NCBI RefSeq assembly: GCF_006345805.1
Contig: NC_043000.1
Coordinates: 39,184,001-39,248,000, forward strand
Direction: 5' to 3'
From: Octopus sinensis
Lineage: Eukaryota
Length of the DNA: 64,000 nucleotides
Shown in pieces: positions 1 to 12,299 of this stretch. Made by a program: the position numbers and the translations under genes. Within the stretch, counting starts at the first letter, position 1; each line of letters opens with the position of its first letter. The notes under the pieces are model-generated. The model searched no databases and was not told the DNA's origin. It worked only from the letters and a program-made list of their open reading frames with translations.

Positions 1-2
1 AG

Positions 3-700
3 CCAAAAGTGAAAAACTGTGGTCGTCGTAACTGTGGAACATGCCCCCACCTTTTGGAGGGTTCAGAATTTCACTTCAAACAAGGATAAATATTTAAGAT
101 CAAATCAAATTTCACCTGCGCTTCGGAAAATCTAATCTATATCATGACTTGCTTAGGAACTGGTAACCACTTTATTGGATAAACAGGAATTTCACTCCGT
201 CGAAGAACCACCATTCACAAAGAGCAAATCCGCCAACCACAATACAGACAGTTACAGATTAGTGAATACATAGAAAGGTGTGCCAGGAATCTTAATCCTA
301 ATTTCCAAATCTTTCCCTTCTATCAATGTTCACAGAATACCACAATGCAACAAAGGTTGAATAAAGAGGCATTTTTCATCAATAAATATCTCCCACAACT
401 AAATATGAACACACAACTTAATCCAGAACACCACTAACCCTTCAATTAAAACCACTAACCCCTATACACTCCCTACATCATTCACATTACAATTCTATAT
501 CTAAATCTAGAACTACTTACCTCCCTTACAAATAATCCAGAACTACATACCTCCCTTACAAATAATCTTTTCTGTCAGGAACTATTAGAACTGACACCGT
601 TTATTAGCCGGTGTTTATTCAAAGCAATGAATAGTTTTGACGAAACCATGGTATGCTTTGCTTTCTGACTTTTTAATCGTCTCATAATAATGACTTTTAT
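3..700 (+). mobile_element. Penelope-like retroelement 3' remnant: GIY-YIG endonuclease pseudogene (about 3-436) plus 3' UTR/pseudo-LTR
   Basis: Manual translation from position 3: PKVKNCGRRNCGTCPHL...FKIKSNFTCASENLIYIMTCLGTGNHFIG*TGISLRRRTTIHKEQIR...RLNKEAFFINKYLPQLN. This has the CxxxxCxxC, NLIY, YIG-like (FIG*TG), R..H and terminal E..FI....P.LN pattern of Penelope endonucleases. In-frame stops at 87-89 and 180-182. Confidence 0.85.
620..660 (+). ncRNA. Minimal type-I hammerhead ribozyme candidate in the Penelope 3' region
   Basis: CAAAGCA (620-626) pairs with TGCTTTG (654-660) as stem I. Core ATGAATA (627-633), stem II GT-TTTG-AC, GAAA (642-645), palindromic ACCATGGT stem III, and a GUA cleavage triplet. 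Confidence 0.6.
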
Positions 701-804
701 GACTTTTATTACTACCTCAGTCCATCTAAATGTATATATATCTGTCGTTACCTTTCATAAAAAGCCTTTTCTTTTTCATTTACTTTGATCTTTCTTATTT
801 TCCC

Positions 805-1023
<219 letters not shown>

Positions 1024-1552
1024 TGCTGTTATCTCTCCTAATTTCTCTAAAGTAATGAACACATGCATTAACAATAATGTTCTCCTCTACATTTATTCTC
1101 TCTCTTACTCTTCAAGTCCACTTGAGGTAAAAAAAATTTATGCCTCCCGAGATATCAGCCAATTTTTCCCCATGTCTGACATGTGTCACTTCCATCAGAA
1201 CGTGATGCCTACAGGCTGCACCCACCTTTCATCTCTTGCTGCGGTAGACTTGTAACTCATTTAACCAGCGTAGCATGTGTTAACGGTAAGGTTTATTCAA
1301 CTTCGCTCTTAATTATCTATGATATTCTCTAGGATTCAGTTTTATACTTGACTGACCACACACCACCGAGATTTGGAGATGTCTGTTGTAATGTAGGGGA
1401 GACAATAATTAATATACTAGGATATTTTACGGAAATAATACAGGCGTATATAGATTTACTTTTACAAACGTAAATAGAGTAACAGCATAGATATAGAAAT
1501 ACGGACACGCAAATTCTTTTATATCAATTTACCAGTACATATATACCAATGA

Positions 1553-1835
1553 GTGGAGGCGCAATGGCCCAGTGGTTAGGGCAGCGGACTTGCAGTCGTA
1601 GGATCGCGGTTTCGATTCCCAGAACGGGCGTTGTGAGTGTTTATTGAGTGAAAACACCTGAAAGCTCCACGATGCTCCGGCAGGGGTGGTGATCCCTGCT
1701 GTACTCATTCACCACTCTTTCTCTCACTCTTTGGTCTCACTGTTGGTCTGCTCGCTTAGCCAGAGGGGTGGCGTCATTCGAGGGCTAAAACAATGCGAAG
1801 GCATTGTGACCAGCGATGTGTAGCAACATCTGATG
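1553..1835 (+). mobile_element. tRNA-derived SINE, family C (GTGGAGGCGCAATGGCCCAGTGG head)
   Basis: Pol III A box TGGCCCAGTGG (1565-1575) and B box GGTTTCGATTCCC (1608-1620). Homologous copies at 53008-53346 and 59649-59931. Confidence 0.85.
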
Positions 1836-1967
1836 TATATACCAATGCGCAGACATAGTCATACACCCATATATACATGCCATATATACATGTATATACA
1901 CATTTATACATACATAGACAAGCACTCACACATACATATATATAAATATATAAATATATATATATAC

Positions 1968-2015
<48 letters not shown>

Positions 2016-2032
2016 ACCCACTCTTTTACATA

Positions 2033-2182
2033 TTCGTTTCAGTCATTTGACTGCGGCTATGCTGGAGCATCGCCTTTAGTCGAGCAGATCGACCCCAGTC
2101 GATAGTGAAAAATATCTCTCAGAAAATGTCAAATTATCATCGAATATAGAAATTTTTGACTCCCATTCCTTGCATCTTACAT

Positions 2183-2237
<55 letters not shown>

Positions 2238-2417
2238 TATATATATATATATATATATATTAATATATATATATATATATATATAATAATATATATATAG
2301 TCTTTGTAAGCCTAGTATATATTGTATCGGTCACTTTTGCCGAACTGATAAATTACATGAGCTTAAACACACCATGATCTGTTGTCAAGCGATGGTTGTG
2401 GAACAAACACAGATATA

Positions 2418-2505
<88 letters not shown>

Positions 2506-2655
2506 ATATATATATATACGACGGGCTTCTTTCAGTTTTCGTCTACCAAATATACTCACAAGGCTTTGTTCGGCCCAAGGATATTGTGGAATACACTTGC
2601 TGAAGATGCTACGCAGTAGGACTGAAACTGGAACTTACCTCAAAGTCATTCTAGC
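2033..2655 (-). mobile_element. tRNA-derived SINE, family B (internal CA/TA microsatellite), interrupted by unrelated sequence and a TA array
   Basis: Shares TTTCAGTCATTTGACTGCGG..., CGACGGGCTTCTTTCAGTTT... and GAAGACACTTGCCCAAG blocks with many other copies in the window. Confidence 0.8.
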
Positions 2656-2658
2656 GCC

Positions 2659-2740
<82 letters not shown>

Positions 2741-3167
2741 CGCACGTACAGAGGCATAAATATATATAAATATATACTTCCGTATAACGCATTTGCACTC
2801 AGTTCCCTTTATCCAATTTTGCTTACGTGACATGCTAAAATAAATTTTTCTGAGAAATACTGTTGTAGAATTAAACAGGACCTATGTGATTGCGAAACGT
2901 TATATATTCATCCTGGTTAGAGATAATGCATCATATCTCATTGAATAACTACGTCATAGACCGGTACTCAATCACTTTAACCATCTCAAATTATTTGATA
3001 ACCTTAGATATAGCACCTACGTCATCGGAAATAATGTCATATCACTTGGCGCACGGGTATCATTGTCATATATGTCTGTAACATGTTTATTTCAACCTAC
3101 TCGTTCAGCCTCGTGTATAACGCTAATATTACGTCAGTCTTTGCGATACACACTTCTCACCACCTTT

Positions 3168-3690
3168 ACTAAAGAGTAAATTTATTTAATAAAATCGCCA
3201 TTGGTTTCAACCACGGCCTCCACACGACAATGGAATCTCCTGCAACTTTTCTGGACGGTCTCCTTGTTCAAGTTGGTGAATGCTGCCGTAATCCTTGCCA
3301 TCAGCTCATCTTTGGTGTTACAAGGAGTTTTGTTGGTCTCTCACTCAACTGTGGCCCCCACATAATAGTAAAGGGGGTTGGAATCTGGGGAGTTATGTGG
3401 CCAGATGCTAGGGGTGATGTGGCCGCAGAAATTGTCTGACAGCCGCGACTGGGTTTTCTGTTTGTGTGGTAGGGTGCAGAGTCCTGTTGCCAGACATAGA
3501 GTCTTCCAACAGCCACCCTCTTGACTCAGGGCAGCACTAACTTCACCAGGCACTTGATGTAGGCCTCCATGTTGAGTCTGAGACCGTGTGGAAAGATGAA
3601 TGGAAGCATAACGTCGCCATCACTAGTGATCACTCCAAACACCATGATATTGACTGGATGTTCGATTTTTACCGCTTTTGAAACTCAAGC
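3168..3690 (-). mobile_element. Tc1/mariner superfamily (DD37D/maT-like) transposase C-terminal remnant without TIRs
   Basis: Minus-strand frames give HPVNIMVFGVITSDGDVMLPFIFPHGLRLN, YVWQQDSAPYHT, W(P)HNSPDSNPLYYYVG and VEAVVETNGDF, broken by frameshifts. Confidence 0.85.
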
Positions 3691-3844
3691 ACCCTCACAG
3701 AGTGAACTGCGTCATGGTGTTGTTTTTCTCACAGATAGTGCCCAGCTGAGCCTACTATACTATGTAGTCGACCAAATCAAAAACAAACAACGTGTATTCG
3801 TGAAAATAAAAATATATAATGGTGATAGTTTACTAATCGAACAC

Positions 3845-3903
<59 letters not shown>

Positions 3904-3904
3904 T

Positions 3905-4012
3905 GCTCGGCCCGTGGCTATAATAGAAGACACTTACCCAAGACGCCACGCAGTAGGATGAACCCGGAACCACGTGTTTTGTAAGCAAGCTACTTACCAT
4001 ACAGTCACTACA
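3905..4012 (-). mobile_element. SINE family B head fragment
   Basis: GAAGACACTTACCCAAGACGCCACGCAGTAGGATGAACCCGGAACCACG block. Confidence 0.7.
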
Positions 4013-4240
4013 TACATTCATACACAGATGCACATATATATGTATATGCCCATACATACAAACTCATATATTCATATATACATACATACATCTATATATA
4101 CATATAGACACAAACATACGAGGAGAGTCACACACACACATATTTGTAAAAAAAAATACATAAACACAAACATATACGTATATATGTGTGTATATATAAA
4201 TATATATAAATATATATATACATACACACATATATATATA

Positions 4241-5562
4241 CAGTGGGGGGAAATAAATATTCGTAAATGTAAAAATACTTTATTTAATTTCTAATGAACA
4301 TAAATGGGATATACCAATACTATATATGCATACACATGCATAAACTAAGACTATGCAAAAGAAACTAATAAATTATAGTAACTAATAAATTTATATACAC
4401 TTATAAATATTTAGGGGTGAAAAAAGTATTCGTATAGAATAAATTTATGATTTTCTATGCCTCAAAATACTGTTAAAATTTTTTTTTTCCTAGAACTTTC
4501 TCGTTTGTTCCAATAATCTTATCAGCTGTCATTTTTAAGTATCAGAACACTAGCTTCTTCATTCAGCATTGAGACAACATAAAGTAGTATTGTAATAATG
4601 GCGAAAAGCAAAGAACTCACAAATTCAGTGAAAAACATAATTATTGAACAGTGGAAAGCAAGTAAAAGTTACAGGAAAACATCAATGGCCCTTTGTATTC
4701 CATTTTCTACCATATCTTGATTTATTCAAAGAAAATAAAAAATCGGGAACTGTTGAAAACAGAATACGATCAAGTGCACCACACAAGATTTCCCCTAGAT
4801 CTTTAATAAAAATGAAGCGAAGAAACGAAATAACGCAATGATCACCAGAAAGGAGTTGCAAGAAGATTTTTTAGCTTCAGGGACTAGTGTTACACTACGA
4901 ACAATCAGTAATGAACTTCATAGGAATGAACTGAAATCACGCTCTCCTAGAAAAACTCCGCTGTTGACTAAAAGGCATAGAGATGCCCGTTTAAAATTTG
5001 TTTATGAACATAAAGATAAATCTGATACATTCTGGGAAAATGTTCTATGGACAGACAAGTTGAAAATTGAATTGTGTGGATGAAATTCGCGTAGCCATGT
5101 TCGGAGGAAAGATGGTACCGCCTATTCGCCGAAGAACACAATTCCTACCGAAAAGTTTGGAGGTGGCAACATCATGGTGTGGGGGTGTTCCTCTGCAAAT
5201 GTTACTGGCATTTTACATGTGATAGATTGTAGAATGAATGCAGACATGTACTAAAATATTTTGAACAATGATTTATGGGACTCTGTAGAAAAGCTCAAGC
5301 TTTGTGAATGGTGGGTTTTACAACAGGATAACGATCCTAAGCACACGGCGAAGTCTACCAAAAAATGGATTGTAGATCACGATAACGGCCACGATAGAAT
5401 GGCCACTTGAACCCCATTGAAAATTTGTGGTGTTATTTGAAAATTAAAATTCATTCAAGAGCCCCAACGTGCATTGCAGATTTGAAGAAAATTTGTCAAG
5501 AAGAATGGGAAAAAATTCCTAAAGAATTATATATATATACGAATATTTATTTCCCTCCACTG
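4241..5562 (+). mobile_element. Tc1-like DNA transposon (DD34E), defective, with 25-bp TIRs and TA flanks
   Basis: Left TIR CAGTGGGGGGAAATAAATATTCGTA (4241-4265) and right TIR (5538-5562) are reverse complements with one mismatch; TA on both sides. Confidence 0.95.
4598..5525 (+). pseudogene. Tc1 transposase pseudogene
   Basis: MAKSKELT... start, RKTPLL...R..F, WTDKLKIEL (first D), QQDNDPKHT (second D), LNPIENLW (E), CQEEWEKIP; frameshifts and stops. Confidence 0.9.
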
Positions 5563-5759
5563 TATATATATATAAAATATATTTATAAAGAAATCCGAAA
5601 GGTATTTTGAGTTACGGATAGAAAGTTACCACGTTAGGCTCATAGTATAATTACTAATTACTGTATATAATATATATTATAATGATACTTATTGTCCGTT
5701 CTGAAGCGACAATTTTTAAATCAGAGAATAAATATCGTTATGATATATATTGTATACAC

Positions 5760-5823
<64 letters not shown>

Positions 5824-5937
5824 TAAATAAATGGAGTTTAACGCAGATATAAATCAAATATTTTTACTTTCGACACATGTTTCGAAAATTCCACTGATAT
5901 TATTCAAAAGAATATATGGTATAAAACAATGCAATCT

Positions 5938-6130
5938 TCTCGGCCCTAGGCTGTAGTAGAAGACAGGTGCCCAAGATGCCACGCAGTGGGACTGAACCTG
6001 GAGCCATGTGGTTTTGAAACAAGCTTCTTACCACACGCACACATACGCATATATCAGAAGCTTGCTTCCCAACCATATTGTTTCGGGACCACTCCCACTG
6101 CGTGACACATTGGTCAAGTGTCTTCTACCA
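5938..6130. mobile_element. Two SINE family B head fragments in opposite orientation
   Basis: 5938-6035 minus (GAAGACAGGTGCCCAAGATGCCACGCAGTGGGACTGAACC) and about 6075-6130 plus (CCCACTGCGTGACACATTGGTCAAGTGTCTTCTAC). Confidence 0.65.
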
Positions 6131-6334
6131 TGGTCTTGTACACTTCCTATATTTTACTGTAGTCCCAACTCTATCCCCTACACATTGCTTTTTGCACATT
6201 ATGTATCCCCACTCTTATCACCCTGATTAACTTATGAACAAAAATATATTGTTGAAAACTTTAATCATCATCTAATGTTGTTGGTGTTACTGTCTAGATC
6301 ACGTCAGTCCTGGTCGGATACACCTTAGACCAAA

Positions 6335-6530
6335 GGGTAAAAATAATTAGCGGCATTTAGTCCGTTTTTACGTTCTGAGTTCAAATTCCGCCAAAGCTGA
6401 TTGTGCCTTTCATTCTTTCGAAGTCAATAAAATAATTACTAGTTGAACACTGAGCTCAATGAAATCGATTTACCCGGCTCCCCGAAATGTCTGTTATTGT
6501 GCCAAAAATTTGAAATCACCATTGAAGCCG
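6335..6530 (+). mobile_element. tRNA-derived SINE family A, partial and diverged
   Basis: ACGTTCTGAGTTCAAATTCCGCC B-box block shared with 36237-36652. Confidence 0.7.
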
Positions 6531-6992
6531 GCAGTTTGTGTTGAGGGTAATTTGACTACCACTTCTAGTAATCCAAGCGATGATGTACCAGTTCACTCCG
6601 ATTGTCCTTACACGCCTAGGTGACCATTCTTGCACAAGGAAAGATCCGAACCTCTGATTCGGTGTTCCAGCTAAGACCTTCACGTGACGAACCTGTTCCT
6701 GCTGATAAGAATGGATTTAGATGGGGCATAGCTCGAAAAAGATGGGCTTTTAAAATTATTTAGTCGTAGGAGCTGTTTGTCTTTTTGTTCTCTTTTAAAA
6801 GTATGTAGGAGACACCTTGGTCCTCGTAAGTTCTTGTAACAGTATTATTGAACTATTCTTTATTTCATATCTTATACAATTAGTCTGAGAATACCGACTC
6901 CTCACTAAACTATTGTCACAGAAGTACCGCAGCCCAGCACCGGAAGATAACGAAACTAATCTGCAAAAGAATGTGTTGATTTCTACACTTAA

Positions 6993-7093
6993 TATGGCGT
7001 AGTGGTTAAGAGCGCGGACTACCAACTCCAAGATTCCGAGTTCGATTCAAGACAGTGACCTGAATAATAATAATGGTAATGATGATGATGATG

Positions 7094-7129
<36 letters not shown>

Positions 7130-7312
7130 TCGAAAAGTACCTTAGGAATGAGAACCCAGGTTCGAAATTTCCCCAAGACACCCGATGAAGGCTGGAGGGT
7201 ATATCAGCCGAAACGTTGTGTTAACAACAAACAAGATGAGGACAAATATCCGTCAAATGTAAATTATGTAAATAATGTACATAATTCCTCACCTCTTAAA
7301 TATAGAACTGTA
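6993..7312 (+). mobile_element. Composite SINE family H: tRNA-like head + (AAT/GAT)n spacer + hammerhead-containing 3' module
   Basis: A box TGGCGTAGTGG (6995-7005), B box GAGTTCGATTC (7038-7048), microsatellite 7063-7127, tail 7128-7312. Homologues at 38764-39152, 39200-39330 and 48825-48960. Confidence 0.85.
7177..7222 (+). ncRNA. Minimal hammerhead ribozyme motif (this copy has U4>C)
   Basis: GACAC-CCGATGA-A-GGCTG-GAGGGTATAT-CAGCC-GAAA-CG-TT-GTGTT: stem I ACAC/GTGT, 5-bp stem II, palindromic ACGT stem III. The copies at 38879-38885 (minus) and 48878-48884 retain CTGATGA. Confidence 0.6.
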
Positions 7313-8884
7313 TCACTTAATTGTTGTTCATTTGTATTCTTTAGAGCAACGTTAATTATTTCAAGTGAGAATCGTTGCTAAAAAATAATGCAATGCTGTT
7401 GTCCTGACACGACTCACCCACCATCCTCTTACCTGTCTGTCTAATCTTTGATCTCTTCGCATTTTGATGGATTGAGCAACGTTATTTCTGCAAAGATAGC
7501 AAAGAGCATTGTATACTCTTGTCGCATTTTCTCATGAAAATATTAAATCAAAACCTCTGTGGTTTGTATGTTTGGTCATCCAGCTGAAAATGCGGGACCA
7601 TTTCAGTATCTTGGATGAAGTGACGTAATATTGGTATGTTTGGAGAAAGTGGCACCATATTGGCATAGAGTTAAGAAGTAACATCAAGAAGTAACATCAG
7701 GATATATCAGGAAGTGAAATCAGACGTGGTTTATCTTAGGTTATTTATATTTTAGAAAATCACTGTAACAGAAGAAAGCAGTATTTATACTGCGAAGTAG
7801 TGTTTAACACCATCTAAACACGAGTGTTTCTTAGGACTCGACAATACAGCTATTTTAACTCCAGCATGACGCCTCCTCCAGGTGATTATTCAGTGTAGTT
7901 TGCACTCGATATATATTGCAAGCGGGGAGAGAACTCCATACTACTAGACCGTATTGTTTCGACCTTCTTATTGTTATCCTCGGGAGTACTTGTCTGCTAG
8001 ACATAGCAGTAGTTCGCTCCTGCCCACAATATACAGAAAATAAGTGACATAATTGATCTTGCAACAGACAAACTAGCTAGTTAAGAATATCTCTATTTTA
8101 ACTCCAAGAGGAAGCATCCTCTAGCTGCTTATTCAGTGCTCTCTGCACTCGATATATATTACAAGCGGGAAGAGAACACATCACTATTTACATTTTCTTA
8201 TTTTATTTGTTCATGGGTTAGAGATTAAAAGGCAGCGTTCATGATGTATTCAACGGCCTCTGTGCTGTGTGGGAGACGGTGAGGAAGTGATCTTCAAACT
8301 GGAAACACATCCAGGGATATTATAAGCGAACCTTAGAAATAATACGTTAGAATATTGAACATTGAGAATTAAATGTACATGCAAGAGCAGCGGAACGAAA
8401 ATTGGTAAATATAAAATGGCTGCAACCCTACTGGTCATGGATGGAGTAAAGATTATTTGCCAACATAACATAGCAGTCCTGGTTTAGGACGAATGTTGCT
8501 GTAATTTAGCCCCAGGAGACATCCTCTCCAGCTGGTTATACGACACGATCTGCCATGTTATTTTGGCAAACAATCTTTATTCCAAAGTACTGTTGCTGAA
8601 TATCTCTTGTTGTGAGATTTAAAAATAGTAATTTTTCTACCGATCACGTTATTTAGTAATTATGGTATTAAAGCAAGCTTAATATTTAGTTGCAGTGTTG
8701 CACTCATGACCTCAGGATCATGATTTTGATTATGGGACCAGGCAGTGCATTGAGTTCTTGAGAAAAAACGCTTCTCACAAGTTTCTCCCGTTCGCTCAAC
8801 TGTGAGTAACTGGCGTCCGTACGGGAGGAATGTTGTATTCTCGATTACTTATACGCTGTGGAAGTCAGAAGGTTGATCCTATCA

Positions 8885-9057
8885 GTGCTACAGAAAGTTT
8901 GTCTCTTAGAGACAGCAAGGATTATTTGGAGGGTTCTGAGCACTTGAAAGACTGCCGAAAACTTGTGGATACCTTAAGGTTACATTTAGTAACCTGCTAC
9001 CCACATAAATCTTACCAGGAATAAGATCGAACCTGAACCAAACCAATAATAATAATG

Positions 9058-9137
<80 letters not shown>
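8885..9137 (+). mobile_element. R4/Dong-type LINE 3' tip with (TAA)n tail
   Basis: LQKVCLLETARIIWRVLST* terminal motif; 3' UTR homologous to 47590-47733; TAA array 9045-9137. Confidence 0.75.
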
Positions 9138-9140
<3 letters not shown>

Positions 9141-9278
9141 GTGTAGAATTGGCAACACAATTGAGAGCGACAAATGCAGAATGTGCAGGGAGAGGGGCGA
9201 AACGTCTAGGATTGTTGTTGTTGGTGATTATGACGATGATTATGATGATGATGTTGGTGGAGAAACTGATGATGATGT

Positions 9279-9328
<50 letters not shown>

Positions 9329-9616
9329 TAGTGTTTAGTAAGAATACTTGTAAAATAAATGGAATCCTGTAAGTGGCCCCAAAGAAGAGTTAGTGGTAAT
9401 TTGGCGACATATCATGTCTACTAGTGCCTCTCTACGAATAATAGTTTTGAACTATGGAATTGGAAAATGTTTACCCACCCAGAACAAGAGACTAGCTGTT
9501 TACGGCTTCAAACAGATTTAAGTGATTTCAATATATATATATATAATATATATATATTTACATGCATGTATGTATGTATGTATGTATGTATGTATGTATG
9601 TATGTATGTATGTATG

Positions 9617-9669
<53 letters not shown>

Positions 9670-10735
9670 ATATATATATATGATATATATATATATATAT
9701 TATGTATATATATATATATATATAGATATATATATATATATATAATATATATATATTATATATGTATGTATGTATAATGTATATACGTATGCATGTATGT
9801 ATGTATGTATGTATGTATGTATGTATGTATGTATAGAAAGAGTGATTCTTGTGCTTGGTACGAGGTAAGGGTCAGTATACACATAAATTGAACCTTCTTG
9901 GTGGTCAATTGTACTACTAGAAATAGCAGCCGATTCAACCTCCCCCACTAAAAAAAATTCACAATATTATCTTGAAAAGGAAATATTGAATTATTTAGTG
10001 GAAGAAAAGATGGTTTGGTCACGCCAGGAGAGTCTTTGATCATACGACTGCTCATTCAGAGTCGCCGAGGCTTATCTCCATCTGTAACTTTTATTTTAAA
10101 AATTCTCATACAGAAGAACTTAATAATGGATCAGCTTTAAAATTTCAACTATATTGAGCAGAAAGATCGATCAATAAACAACCAATCGTTCTGTAGATTA
10201 TACTACTAGACTGTTCGATAAATACCGATTTGGCAAAAGTAAGAAAATAACCAAAAATAAAGAAAAGAGAAATGTGTAATTTAATTGATAAAAAATGTCT
10301 CGCGGGAAGCAAGAGCAGCGAAGAAAGTATGAAAAAGTTGAAAATAACGATCTACAAATAGATACAATGCAAATAAAAAAAAGTGCGAGATAAGATAGAG
10401 GAAAGTAAACAGTAAAAGAGCCATGGGATATTTATGATGATTAAACGAAATACAGTGGAATATATAAGAGTCTATCAATAAACTAATCAAGCGAAGTTCA
10501 AGAAACGAAAGTGATTTTGAAGTATTCGGTCATCCGTGGAGAAACTTTCTGATCAAAGAAAAATCTGTGCCGCATTTGTAACTTTACTTCTTCAGCCGTC
10601 AAAACATAAAACATACACTATATGTGTGTATGCGTGCGTGTGTGAGCGTGCGTGTGTATGTGTGTGTTTGCGTGCGTATATATGTGCATACTAACACAAA
10701 TATAAATATACACATATATATACATACATGCATAT

Positions 10736-10789
<54 letters not shown>

Positions 10790-11011
10790 CATATATAGAT
10801 ATACATACATGCATACATAATTACATAGATGCACATACATACATATAATTGTACACACATACGCATGCATAAGCAGAAACATTCTTAGACATATACTCAC
10901 TCAAATACGCGCATGTACACACAAGCTCAGTTACAGTTTTCAAATGAATATCGAAATAAATATCATAAGAATGAATAGAGCGAAAAATGTTGTTGTTGTT
11001 GTTTTTGTTGC

Positions 11012-11054
<43 letters not shown>

Positions 11055-11056
11055 GC

Positions 11057-11095
<39 letters not shown>

Positions 11096-11098
11096 CAT

Positions 11099-11800
11099 TG
11101 CGTTTGCACAACTTCTAACGCTGGAGATGTACTACAATATCAGCTGTTCACTACCAGTGAACTAAAGTAACACCTCTTATTTTTCGATCACCTTCCGGAA
11201 TATTCGAGCAGTTCCAAGCAGTACTGTTTCCTGCAAATGTTCCACCCTTATTGCAGCCCCTATTTGTTCTTTGTACTTCTCAAGATTTTTACTAACTGTT
11301 CCCAGGGCTCCGATAATTATTGGTACCACTTCCACCTTTTTCATCAACCACAACAGCTTTACCTCCCAAGCTAACTTGTCATACCTGTCGAATTTTCTTT
11401 CTTCCTTATCGCATACCTTGATGTCAGCTGGGCTTGCTACGTCTATCATCCAGCATAGTTTGTTTTCTTTCTCAATTAAGACTATGTCTGTCTTCCTATT
11501 CCCTATCTCATGGTCGCACTGAATCATAAAATCCCACTGGATCTTTGCATTATCATTTTCGATGATGCCTTCGGGTTTGTGTTCGTGCCAAATTTTTTTC
11601 TTTGTTAAGTCCATACTTGTTGCAGAGTGTCCAATAGACAAGCCTGGCTATATTGTCGTGGCGTCTCTTATAATTCTTCTTGGCAAGTGGCTACATTGGC
11701 TGGTAATATGCCATACAGTTTCACCTTTTTGTCCACAGATTCTGCACTTATCACTTTCTGATGTGTTGCCTACTCTGTATTTTAGGTAGGTAATTCTTAA
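11099..11800 (-). mobile_element. R4/Dong-type LINE, 5'-truncated: zinc knuckle and restriction-like endonuclease
   Basis: ORF 11177-11641 (IQWDFMIQCDHEIGNRKTDIVLIEKENKLCWMIDVASP...VVPIIIGALG...LQETVLLGTARIFRKV); TAA arrays on the sense strand at both ends. Confidence 0.9.
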
Positions 11801-11803
11801 TGC

Positions 11804-11864
<61 letters not shown>

Positions 11865-11880
11865 CATTATTATTATTATT

Positions 11881-12075
11881 ACCTCTGCCTTAGCGAAGAC
11901 GGAGGTATTGCTTTTCAGTCGTGTTTGTTTGTTTATCCGTGGACAAGATATCTCAAGAACAGCGGGATGGATTCGGATGAAACTTTCAGGGATGCTTAGC
12001 ATCGTGACTGACACGAACTGATTAGATTTTCGGATCGATCTGGTACCAGACAAGGATTCTACATCATTTTCCATG
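11881..12075 (+). mobile_element. Helentron-associated (DINE-1/HINE-like) non-autonomous element, partial
   Basis: Begins with palindrome ACCTCTGCC-TTAGCGAA-GACGGAGGT, then a GTTT microsatellite; homologous to 18428-18793. Confidence 0.6.
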
Positions 12076-12162
12076 TTTTTTTAAAACCCAGAATGTATCG
12101 ACAGGCGAAATATCGTTAAGCATTTCGTCCATCACACTAACGATTCTGTCAGCTCACCGCCT

Positions 12163-12207
<45 letters not shown>

Positions 12208-12299
12208 CAATTGATTACATTAATAATAATGTTTTCAACTATCTCACAAGGCCCGCAATTTCGGGTGAGGGGCTAAGTAAATTACATCGACCAGAAGAT

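Noticed and set aside
1553-1630. tRNA genes (also 6993-7062, 39067-39152, 59860-59931)
   Set aside because: A/B boxes are present but the acceptor and anticodon stems do not pair fully, and each continues into a repeated SINE body
5864-5912. Minus-strand hammerhead-like string (TTGAATA...GAAACATGTGTC)
   Set aside because: It has a palindromic stem III and GUC, but positions 3 and 8 do not pair and stems I and II are poor; at best a dead relic
9830-9870. Exon ending at GAG|GTAAGG
   Set aside because: The donor is good but the only acceptor is inside a TATG microsatellite with no pyrimidine tract
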